Part shown: in pieces, positions 26,156 to 33,936 of the stretch
Numbering within the stretch: the stretch's first letter is position 1
Layout: the number at the start of each line of letters is the position of its first letter
The notes under the pieces: model-generated
What the model saw: only the letters and a program-made list of their open reading frames with translations
The model's database searches: none
What the model was told of the DNA's origin: nothing
Program-made: the position numbers and the translations under genes
Virus record (IMG/VR): IMGVR_UViG_3300049167_000219
Span: 1 to 39,688 of that record
Length of the DNA: 39,688 nucleotides
Reading direction: 5' to 3' (one strand)
From: a virus
Lineage: Duplodnaviria > Caudoviricetes

Positions 26156-27729
26156 GCGACTGCTCCGAATAGAGGTCCATGATCGGCGGCCTTGCCAGCG
26201 AGCTTCGCCTTGATGGATTCCCGCTGCCGCTCATCAGGGCCGGCGAGACACAGCGTCATGCGGCGGGCGATGTCGGCTTGATATTCTGCCTCCCGCTCGA
26301 TCAGGACTGCGGACAGGCCCTCGCGCCATGCTGCCTCGCCGGTCGTACCGGTGCCTGCGAACGGGTCGAGCACGACGCCGCCTGGCGGCGTCACCAGCCG
26401 GCAAAGCCACTGCATCAAATCAACCGGCTTGACCGTCGGGTGCTTCGAGCCAATGCGATCGTCGGCGTCAGCTTTCGCAGAATAGAAGAACCGGGAGGCC
26501 GAGCCGGCGCTGCCGACGATCGCAGGACCTCCGTCACCGTCCGCACCGTTGAACCCCATCCCGGTACGGACACCTGCAGACCGGGACCCGCTTGCCTGCG
26601 TCGGGAACGCGTCGACGACCTCGTCGCTGCCGTCGTGCACGATGTTGGCGGGCCAACGGCCGAGATCGGTCGGGATCGGCTTTCCGCTCGTGCCAGTTCG
26701 GTACTGGCTGCGATCTCGATCCCCGGCGCCGCGCGTAGCCTTGGTGGTGTTGTCGGTCGCTTCAACCCGGCAGCCGCCGATATTCAGCGCGCCAGTGCCG
26801 TGCGCCAGCACGTTTGCCGCGACGGTACCGGCCATGGGCTTGCGAGCAAGGGCGATCGGCTCCCAAGCTGGCTTTAGTGCCGTGCCCCACCCCTGCCAGT
26901 CGACGGCAAGAGGATCGACGATATCGCGGATGGTTTTGTCGCCGTTGAAGCGTTCATCACCGAAGCCAGCAGGCGTGCTCGCGACCTCACCAACGATGGC
27001 GGCCCCGGTCCAATTTTGACCGCGCTCACCTTTCCGTTCGTTCAGGCGCGCGAATTCTCGATCGAACTCATCGCCCAAGCCAAGGATAAGCTTGAGCGTC
27101 GTCCATTGATCGTAGGTCGGCAGGCTGGGCTGCGAGTCCGTGTCTCGTGCTGCCCAATGATCTATGAGGCGCGCATTGCATCCCCCGAAGTGCTGGGTCA
27201 GATCGCGGGACTTGAGAGCGCGCGCATCCATGCCAGCGCGAATGAACCGACAGATGGCCCGGACTGGCTCGATGTCCTCGACGCGACGCTTCGCGATGCC
27301 CTTGGCGACGTCATGCGATTTGGGGAAGCCTGACCCGTAGCACCATCCCAGTTGGTCGCGAATTTCAAAGCCTGCATCCTCGATCGCGCAGGCAAGCCGA
27401 TGATAGGACCGCGTGCCGCCGAAGGCGATAACATGCCCGCCGGGCTTGAGAACGCGCAGCACCTGTGCCCAGAACTCGACGGCAAAAGCGGTTTCTCCGG
27501 TGTCCCATTGCTTGCCCATGAAGCCAGCAGAAGCACGGGCGTAAGCTCCGGTCGCACCAACCTGCGCGGGCGCTGCGCCTTCCGCTCCAAAGCGTTTGCC
27601 AATCGATACCAGAGCATAGGGAGGGTCTGTCACGACGCTGTCGATCGAGGCATCAGGCAGACCGGCGAGCACCGTGCGGCAATCGCCGGCATGAAGTGTG
27701 ACGCGGCCATCGAGGAAGCTCTGGCTCAT
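26152..27729 (-). CDS. N6-A/N4-C DNA methyltransferase, beta class
   Basis: DPPY before HPTVKP and DPFAGTGTT; start re-called at MSQSFLDG. Confidence 0.92.
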   Translation of the reverse strand: MSQSFLDGRVTLHAGDCRTVLAGLPDASIDSVVTDPPYALVSIGKRFGAEGAAPAQVGATGAYARASAGFMGKQWDTGETAFAVEFWAQVLRVLKPGGHVIAFGGTRSYHRLACAIEDAGFEIRDQLGWCYGSGFPKSHDVAKGIAKRRVEDIEPVRAICRFIRAGMDARALKSRDLTQHFGGCNARLIDHWAARDTDSQPSLPTYDQWTTLKLILGLGDEFDREFARLNERKGERGQNWTGAAIVGEVASTPAGFGDERFNGDKTIRDIVDPLAVDWQGWGTALKPAWEPIALARKPMAGTVAANVLAHGTGALNIGGCRVEATDNTTKATRGAGDRDRSQYRTGTSGKPIPTDLGRWPANIVHDGSDEVVDAFPTQASGSRSAGVRTGMGFNGADGDGGPAIVGSAGSASRFFYSAKADADDRIGSKHPTVKPVDLMQWLCRLVTPPGGVVLDPFAGTGTTGEAAWREGLSAVLIEREAEYQADIARRMTLCLAGPDERQRESIKAKLAGKAADHGPLFGAVA

Positions 27730-28127
27730 GCTGCCACCTCGACCTGAAACAGGTCCAACGGCTTCCCGTCGAATAGGTCCACACGGCAGTAGCCTCGGGA
27801 CACGTCTGGAGACCGGACGATGGAAGCGCCTTGGGCGTTGCTGTCGTTGGCGATGATGCCGGCCGGCTTTTGCAAGAAATCCAGTGTGGCCTTGATGCGG
27901 TTGTCGATATCGCCACGCATGGATAGCGCGACCGATATCTGCGCGTTGAAGTGGCCGGCGAAGAATGGGAACCCGCCCCTGGGCTTCTGCTCCCATAGGC
28001 TGTTGAGCGCGCGTTTCTGCCAGGCCTTGTAGGCCGGGTTTAGGTAGGTCTTCCCGGTGCGACGGTTCACGCGCCAGATGATGTTCGCCGATGGCGCGAG
28101 AGGCAGGTTGAGCGTGATCGCCATCAT
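27726..28127 (-). CDS. RusA-like Holliday junction resolvase
   Basis: PSAN..W, DIDNRIKATLD, IIAND motifs. Confidence 0.85.
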   Translation of the reverse strand: MMAITLNLPLAPSANIIWRVNRRTGKTYLNPAYKAWQKRALNSLWEQKPRGGFPFFAGHFNAQISVALSMRGDIDNRIKATLDFLQKPAGIIANDSNAQGASIVRSPDVSRGYCRVDLFDGKPLDLFQVEVAA

Positions 28128-28462
28128 TGGCCGCGCTCTCGGATAAGGCGCTCTGCCGCTTGCCGATCGAACTCATGCCGGGGAATGCCGGCGCGGCGGC
28201 AGTAGTCCGCGATCAGAAGCTCCAGCTCTGGGGCGATGCCCGGCGTCTCGACGATGCTTATGCTGCGAGCCGATTTCGCAACCCGCCGAATGTACCCCCG
28301 CTTCTCCAAGCGGGAGATCATGCCGGCCACTGCGCCGCGGGAATTGATGCCCAGAGCCCTCGCCATCTCGGTGAAGCTCGGCGCGTGGCCGTCTCGCTCG
28401 ATCGCGGAGCGGATGAAGATCAGCAGATCCCCAAGGCGTGGGGTGAGGCCGGCGCGCGTCAT
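28124..28462 (-). CDS. LexA-type DNA-binding-domain protein without peptidase domain
   Basis: LTPR..IR..IERDGHAPSFTEMA..LG..S....LEKRGYIRR...ARSI. Confidence 0.82.
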   Translation of the reverse strand: MTRAGLTPRLGDLLIFIRSAIERDGHAPSFTEMARALGINSRGAVAGMISRLEKRGYIRRVAKSARSISIVETPGIAPELELLIADYCRRAGIPRHEFDRQAAERLIRERGQ

Positions 28463-29019
28463 GCTGCCGCCCTCGCCTTGTCAATGCCGAGGCGGCGGTC
28501 CCATGCTGCAGCGACGCGTGGGCCGGAGATGCTGAGACCGGCGCAGTGGTGGCAGTATGGTTTGCCGGGGATCGCCTTATTGCCACAGAAGAATTTCTGG
28601 TCGAGGGGAGGATTGCCGACCCAGAGCGGCCATTTGCACAGGCCATCCTTGAGCGCGAAGATTGTGATGCGTGCGGGCGTCCAGTCTTCGGAGGCCGTGA
28701 TCATCTTCGCCTCTCGCTGGTCAAGGCGTGCTGCAGCGATCTGGTCGACAACGGTCGCATCCGTCACGCCGCCATAGGTAGCGAAGACCTTCGGCCGCTT
28801 TGGCGGCGGCGGCGCGCCCTTCAAGACCAACCGCAAGACAGGCTGACGCTGAACCTTCGTGGCCGCGCTGGCGAGGTCGATGTTGCGGCGCGTGCATCGG
28901 CCGATCACGGCGTTCCGGGTGACACCGAAAACCTCGGCGATCTGCTTCGCCGAAAAATCCGGCGCCATCTCGCGCAGCTTGGCATCGTGTTCGTCCGTCC
29001 AGGTGAAGGATTTCGTCAT
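28459..29019 (-). CDS. gcrA: GcrA-family regulator
   Basis: [19 protein letters not shown] and CKWP...FCG...PYCHHC. Confidence 0.88.
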   Translation of the reverse strand: MTKSFTWTDEHDAKLREMAPDFSAKQIAEVFGVTRNAVIGRCTRRNIDLASAATKVQRQPVLRLVLKGAPPPPKRPKVFATYGGVTDATVVDQIAAARLDQREAKMITASEDWTPARITIFALKDGLCKWPLWVGNPPLDQKFFCGNKAIPGKPYCHHCAGLSISGPRVAAAWDRRLGIDKARAAA

Positions 29020-29786
29020 GCATGCTCTCCGTAAGGCGAGCAGTTCCCCAAGGCTGCACGGCGGAGAAAAGCCGGGATATCGGGCATCTCTCCGCTGGAG
29101 GATCGGACAACGGCCGCCGGTTGGACAGCGCGCGCCGCGATGGCGTTCGCCTCGGCGAGTCCGGGAATTGATGCGGGTCTCTCCCCGCCTGTCACGCCCG
29201 CGGTGTCGCGCTGTTGCTCGGCCGAGTATTGGGCCTCACGCTGAGGACAGGACGTTTTCTCGCTGCCTGGAAGATTTGTTGCGGTCTCTCCCGCCGTCAC
29301 ACCACTCGTTTCGGCCACCACAGCCCCGGCAGGTGTCGCGTCGGGTTCGGGGGATTCAACTTCGGCGACAAGCTGATCGGCCCCGTTGCCGGCCGGCGCG
29401 CTGATCGGGCGCGCTTGCGTATCCTTGCTTGTCTCAAGGTCTGGTGCCGGGCGGGAGGCCCGCTCGGAAATGGATGATGCAGAGCGCGCCATGCTGGTGC
29501 GGGACGAGAATCCCGGCGCGGCGGCGCGGCCAAGGGGCGTGTCGGCATATTCGCCAACGGCCTGCATGTAGAGGTCGAGGATCGCTTCGAACTCGGCGCG
29601 TTCGTTCGCGTCCATCTTGCGAAGAGCGACGACTTTGCGGAGCACCTTGACGTCGTAGCCGTTTCCCTTGGCCTCGGCGTAGATCTCCTTGATGTCGTCC
29701 GAGATCGTCTTCTTTTCCTCTTCGAGACGCTCGATGCGCTCGATGATGCTCTTGAGCTGGTCGCCCTGCACTGGATCGTCCATCAC
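29016..29786 (-). CDS. gapR: GapR (DUF2312) domain protein with long C-terminal extension
   Basis: [56 protein letters not shown]. Confidence 0.9.
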   Translation of the reverse strand: MMDDPVQGDQLKSIIERIERLEEEKKTISDDIKEIYAEAKGNGYDVKVLRKVVALRKMDANERAEFEAILDLYMQAVGEYADTPLGRAAAPGFSSRTSMARSASSISERASRPAPDLETSKDTQARPISAPAGNGADQLVAEVESPEPDATPAGAVVAETSGVTAGETATNLPGSEKTSCPQREAQYSAEQQRDTAGVTGGERPASIPGLAEANAIAARAVQPAAVVRSSSGEMPDIPAFLRRAALGNCSPYGEHA

Positions 29787-30257
29787 GCGGCCCTTTTCTG
29801 ATTGGTCTTGGATTGAATGGCGGCGCAGGCTTGCCGAGCGTGCTCAATCGCTTTGGCCGCTTGCTGCAGTTCGCGTTCGATCAGCGTCGCGTCGACTGGG
29901 CTGAGACCGTCAGCGACGAGATCGGCGTAAACTTTGCCGAGGTCCGCGATCGACCATGACGGCGCCAACCGACGCGTGGATGCAGACCTTGCCCGCAGGC
30001 CCGGCCTCTTCGGCAGCGAGGTCGAAACCCAGCATCGCGGCCATTGCCTTGGTGACGATCGGCTTCCCGACAAACGCCTCCAGCTTCGAAAGCTGAAAGA
30101 CGTTCATGAACGCCTCCGGTGGGTCGACGTGCATGCGACCCATCTGGGCTTTCTTGACGCCCACGGCTCCGCCGGCCTCTCCGCACCCGCCCGCTTCCGC
30201 GATCAGTTCGCGCATTGCGGCGTGGATCCGTTTCTCCCTGGGCGTCATCTCGGTCAT
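29783..30257 (-). pseudogene. CII-like regulator split by a frameshift near 29951
   Basis: N-half MTEMTPREK...GKPIVTKAMA...VGAVMV and C-half IADLGKVYADLVADGLSP.. lie in different frames. Confidence 0.65.
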
Positions 30258-30561
30258 TGGCGGTCTCATCGATTTGGGGAGACGGAGGTTTCGAAAATCC
30301 CGGTGCGCAGTCGCAATCGCCGCGCTAGGTCTCAGGCAGTGAGTTGCGGAGGCGTGCAGTGGTTTCGGGTCTTGGAATGAACGGGAGGCAGCTTCTGGCG
30401 CTGCTGAACCGGCCAGTTGCCGACAGGGCGGCGCAGAACGACAACCGCCCTGTCGAGCCGGCGACCGACCTGTTCGGAGAGGAACAGGTTGAGCGACACA
30501 GCGACGCGCGGAAGAAACCGAACCGGCGGAAGCGCAGGCGCGGCCATTTCGGCTGAGGCGC

Positions 30562-30663
30562 TCATCGGACAAAGCCTCCGACGAGTGCGAAGGTCATGAC
30601 GAATGACGCGAACATGCAGGCAATGGAGCCGGGATTTGCCTGGAGAGACGCGAGCAGGTTCAT
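30562..30663 (-). CDS. Small hydrophobic peptide, 33 aa
   Basis: ATGA overlap with the cro stop; MNLLASLQ...FALVGGFVR. Confidence 0.4.
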   Translation of the reverse strand: MNLLASLQANPGSIACMFASFVMTFALVGGFVR

Positions 30664-30908
30664 GCTGCCCTCTCAGCTTCTGGCGCGGCGAAAAAATCGC
30701 CGGGCGTAAGATCGATGTTGTTGGTCTGGGCGTAAGCCAGCAGTCCGCGGGCATCGTCGTACGGGATCACGCCGCCTGTGCCGCCTTTTTCCTTCGGGTA
30801 CATCCATCGATAGACTCGAGAGACATGCTTCCCGGTGACAGCGACAACATTGTCGATGCCGATTTTTCGGATGATGGAGGATGCGGGTTCAAGGCGATGT
30901 GCGCTCAT
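30660..30908 (-). CDS. Cro-like repressor
   Basis: 82 aa HTH, VSRVYRW..PKEKGGTGG.IP; divergent from cI. Confidence 0.8.
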   Translation of the reverse strand: MSAHRLEPASSIIRKIGIDNVVAVTGKHVSRVYRWMYPKEKGGTGGVIPYDDARGLLAYAQTNNIDLTPGDFFAAPEAERAA

Positions 30909-30917
30909 AGGCGCTTA

Positions 30918-30992
30918 TTTGCGATAATCGCGATTTCATTGTCAAGGCAAATTCGCGATCTTCGCGATGGATAATTTTGCGCATTTCGCAAA
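30918..30992. promoter_or_regulatory. Three operators between cro and cI plus cro promoter
   Basis: TTTGCGA-TAA-TCGCGAT, TTCGCGA-TCT-TCGCGAT, TTTGCGC-ATT-TCGCAAA; minus-strand TTGACA at 30940-30945. Confidence 0.8.
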
Positions 30993-31005
30993 CAGTCTGC
31001 GGACC

Positions 31006-31767
31006 ATGGATGATCCGCAGTACGAATTTAAGCGATGGTTGGCCGAAAAGGTCGCCCCACACGGAACGATCACGAAACTGTCTGAGGCGACCGGGATCGC
31101 CAAGGACAAGATCACGCGATCGAAAGAAACGGAATCGACCGACCCGAAAAAACGGCGGCAGGTTCCCATCCATGAAATGCGGGCCATCGCTGAGTTTTTC
31201 GGAGAGGTGCCGCCTGGCTTGAATTGGGCTGCGCCGACGACGAGCGGCGACCAAGCGCCTCTATCAAACGAGCTTCGCCCCGCTCCAGCCGGGGAATTAA
31301 TCCCAATCCGCGTATCGGGTCGAGCGAAGGCGGGCGAATTTATATCAGTTGAAGACCTTGGTGATTGGGAAGAGCCAGAGACGATTTACGACACTCGCGA
31401 TGAGCGCTTTCCCGAGGCGAGGCACCTCGGCTTTGTCGTCGATGGCGACAGCATGAATGCGCTCAAGCCGATACCGATTCCGGATGGCGCCCGCGTCTCC
31501 GCCCTGGCCTACGAGGATATCTCCGAGAGCGTTCCGCTTCGCGACGGCATGACCGTAGTTGTAGAACGCACTCGCCATGGCGGCCTCGAACGCGAATGGT
31601 CCGTAAAGCAACTCGAGATTTACGACGACCGGGTCGAGTTCCATCCGCGGTCAACGAACCCGCGACACAAGCCGATCGTCGTGGCCCGCAACAATAACGC
31701 GGACGACGGGATGATGGTGACCATCATCGCATTGGTTCGAGGGTGGTCGACTAAGCTAAGCTGGTGA
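31006..31767 (+). CDS. cI: CI-like repressor with S24 peptidase
   Basis: N-terminal HTH, Ala-Gly site (AKAGEF), GDSM Ser, VKQL Lys; start 31006 or 30967. Confidence 0.9.
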   Translation: MDDPQYEFKRWLAEKVAPHGTITKLSEATGIAKDKITRSKETESTDPKKRRQVPIHEMRAIAEFFGEVPPGLNWAAPTTSGDQAPLSNELRPAPAGELIPIRVSGRAKAGEFISVEDLGDWEEPETIYDTRDERFPEARHLGFVVDGDSMNALKPIPIPDGARVSALAYEDISESVPLRDGMTVVVERTRHGGLEREWSVKQLEIYDDRVEFHPRSTNPRHKPIVVARNNNADDGMMVTIIALVRGWSTKLSW

Positions 31768-32076
31768 AAACGCCTGCTCGGGCCGCGTGCTAAAATCGAT
31801 CTTTGCAAGCTGGTCCTCGATCTCCCGCATCCGTTCCCGCGAGGGCGGTCCAGCGTAAAGCCCACGACCGCCTTCGCCCGCCTCGCCGAGTATCGGTATC
31901 ACCCTAGGCCGATCGCCCAGGCTCATATCGACAATCGAGAATTTCAGGTCAGGGAAGGCATGGTACAGCCGCGCTTGCGTTGCCTCCTTGTCTGCCGACC
32001 ACTCCCGCACCCGCCCGGACGGCGGGAAAACGGAAAACTCAGTTGCCTCAGGCAGTCCGCGATGCCAGCTCCTCAT
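31756..32076 (-). CDS. Hypothetical protein, second gene of the SOS-box operon
   Basis: GAGG RBS, ATGA coupling to the upstream gene. Confidence 0.65.
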   Translation of the reverse strand: MRSWHRGLPEATEFSVFPPSGRVREWSADKEATQARLYHAFPDLKFSIVDMSLGDRPRVIPILGEAGEGGRGLYAGPPSRERMREIEDQLAKIDFSTRPEQAFSPA

Positions 32077-32309
32077 GTCAGCACCTCGTCGTAGATCTGC
32101 TTGATAGCCACCACCTGGGCGATGAAGCCTTCGCAGACTTGGCATTTATACCGCAAGTTCTGGAACAGCGCGCTGGCGAGCAACTCTTCAACGTCGCTCG
32201 GAGCATCTTCCACGTCCGGCACCTCGATCGACCGAAACGTGTTTTTCTCGCAGTTGAGGCAGTGATAATGCAGCCTGAAGCGCGCTCGTATACCTACGTC
32301 GTCCGCCAT
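32073..32309 (-). CDS. Small putative Zn-binding protein
   Basis: CLNC...CQVC; GGAG RBS. Confidence 0.7.
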   Translation of the reverse strand: MADDVGIRARFRLHYHCLNCEKNTFRSIEVPDVEDAPSDVEELLASALFQNLRYKCQVCEGFIAQVVAIKQIYDEVLT

Positions 32310-32348
32310 CTCGATACTCCACTCTGGTTAGACGCCCTGCGCAGATTT

Positions 32349-32363
32349 GTTCTGCTTACGTTC
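32349..32363. promoter_or_regulatory. Alphaproteobacterial LexA (SOS) box
   Basis: GTTC-TGCTTAC-GTTC, 40 nt upstream of ATG 32309. Confidence 0.8.
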
Positions 32364-32450
32364 TCATTACGTGCCCGTACGAGGTGAGAGTCGAGGCGGA
32401 AGGCCGAATCATCCTGACAGGACGTGTCAGTAGGGTGGATCGCGGATAAA

Positions 32451-32504
32451 TTTGCGAAGATCGCGATTTTTATCCTTGACTAAATTCGCGATTGTCGCAA
32501 ATAT
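32451..32504 (+). promoter_or_regulatory. Early (pL-like) promoter with two operators
   Basis: TTTGCGA-AGA-TCGCGAT and TTCGCGA-TTG-TCGCAAA flank TTGACT at 32476. Confidence 0.8.
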
Positions 32505-32530
32505 CTCTCCACACCACGGAGAGACAGCGC

Positions 32531-32929
32531 ATGTCCCGCCCTACCTATGTTGAAGACCTGAATGGCTGCACCCGCCAATTTCCGAGTTGGGGTGAGGCCT
32601 ACGACTTCGTCATCGCCCGCAACAAGGGGGATGAGCACTGGTCGATCTTGGGCCGCGAGCCGTCGGCGCCGGAGAACCCCACCGAGGCCGATTATCTCGA
32701 AGCCGGCCGCCGCGTGGCCGAGGGCATCTTCGAGGTCTTCGCCCGCAAGCCGACCATGTTCAACTATCGGACGCCGGAGCACATCCAGGGCAGCGAGCAG
32801 CGCAATGCCCACTGGAATGCCGAGCTCGCTGCCCGTCAGCGCGACGCTCGCATGGCCGCGCTCGACCGCTGCCTGATCGCACTCGCCAAAAGCCAGGACA
32901 TCACCCGCTTTCTGGAGGCCGCCGAATGA
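32531..32929 (+). CDS. Hypothetical early protein
   Basis: GGAGAG RBS; first gene after pL. Confidence 0.7.
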   Translation: MSRPTYVEDLNGCTRQFPSWGEAYDFVIARNKGDEHWSILGREPSAPENPTEADYLEAGRRVAEGIFEVFARKPTMFNYRTPEHIQGSEQRNAHWNAELAARQRDARMAALDRCLIALAKSQDITRFLEAAE

Positions 32930-33129
32930 ACACCGCGATCCGCCTCTCCAAGGCCCACGACGAGCTCCGCCGCATCGAGAAGGAGATTTGCGAGGCCTAT
33001 CGCCTCGCCACGCCTGCGGAGCGCGCAGCGATGAACGCTGATGCGCCGGTCTGTGAAATCGACCTCTTGGCCTGCGCGGAAGCCTGCCAGCGCGTCGCCG
33101 AAACCCTCCTTCAGAAGGAAGCCGCCTGA
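32926..33129 (+). CDS. Hypothetical protein
   Basis: GGAGG RBS, ATGA coupling. Confidence 0.65.
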   Translation: MNTAIRLSKAHDELRRIEKEICEAYRLATPAERAAMNADAPVCEIDLLACAEACQRVAETLLQKEAA

Positions 33130-33461
33130 TGGTTATCCGCACCCTGTACGTGCCGGCCTTCGACGCCGACGAGGCGAAGGTCATCGCGGAATCCGTCGCA
33201 CGCGGCGAAACGAGCGAGATGGCCTTCCATACCAATCAGGCTGAGGTCGAGCGCATCTGCGCGCATCTCAACCGCAACCGCGCCGCAGACAGCGAGCGAT
33301 ACGAGACCTTCGCCGTTCCGGTTCAGGAGCGGACCACCCACGACGGCCGGATCATGGTCGCGTGGGCTGCTGACAAGGTCGGCGACGTCGCGGCCCTGCT
33401 CATGATCGGCGCGCTGATCCCGATCATCGGCTTCGCGAGCCTTTGGGAGGCTTTGGTCTGA
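33129..33461 (+). CDS. Hypothetical protein with C-terminal TM helix
   Basis: TGATG coupling; hydrophobic tail. Confidence 0.65.
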   Translation: MVIRTLYVPAFDADEAKVIAESVARGETSEMAFHTNQAEVERICAHLNRNRAADSERYETFAVPVQERTTHDGRIMVAWAADKVGDVAALLMIGALIPIIGFASLWEALV

Positions 33462-33709
33462 TGGAACGCAACACCTTCTGGATGGTCTATGGCCTGAACC
33501 AGCGTTCGCCGGTCGTCAGACACAAGACCGAGGACAGCGCGCTTCGCGAAGCCGCCCGGCTCGCGCGCCAGAACCCTGAGACGGCGTTCTACGTGATGGA
33601 GGCAACGCACCGCCTCCGCCGGAACGACGTGCTCGTCGAGACGCTGGGCCAGCGTTGCTACAGCGATCGTGATGGCGATGGCGTGTTCGATGACGGGATA
33701 CCGTTCTGA
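33461..33709 (+). CDS. Hypothetical protein with SSB-like acidic tail
   Basis: FWMVYG..P..RH...A.REA.RLA..NP; ends FDDGIPF. Confidence 0.75.
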   Translation: MERNTFWMVYGLNQRSPVVRHKTEDSALREAARLARQNPETAFYVMEATHRLRRNDVLVETLGQRCYSDRDGDGVFDDGIPF

Positions 33710-33936
33710 TGATCGCCCGCCTCGCCCGTCAGGCGCTCGCCGCCTTCACCTCTTGGCGCCGGCGCAAGAAGCTCGTCCGCGCCATCCCCGACCTGGTCGA
33801 GATCGACCGCCAAATCCAGGCGCTGCGCGAGAAGCACCGCCCCATCCGCCGCCATCTTCGCGCCAAGCGCGACCTCGTGCTCGCCCGCATGGCGGAAGAG
33901 CAAGGCAAGAACCTCCCGGAAAGGCTTTTCTCATGA
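33709..33936 (+). CDS. Basic hypothetical protein
   Basis: Coupled on both sides. Confidence 0.6.
   Translation: MIARLARQALAAFTSWRRRKKLVRAIPDLVEIDRQIQALREKHRPIRRHLRAKRDLVLARMAEEQGKNLPERLFS

Noticed and set aside
25488-27729. Restriction-modification pair (MTase plus DUF559)
   Set aside because: Both are common stand-alone genes in phage replication regions and are not adjacent; nothing shows shared specificity
27730-28176. N-terminal extension of the 674 aa MTase ORF
   Set aside because: Overlaps rusA in another frame; the coupled start at 27729 fits better. The same reasoning shortened ORFs 10564, 10950, 11893, 23692, 24619 and 33669
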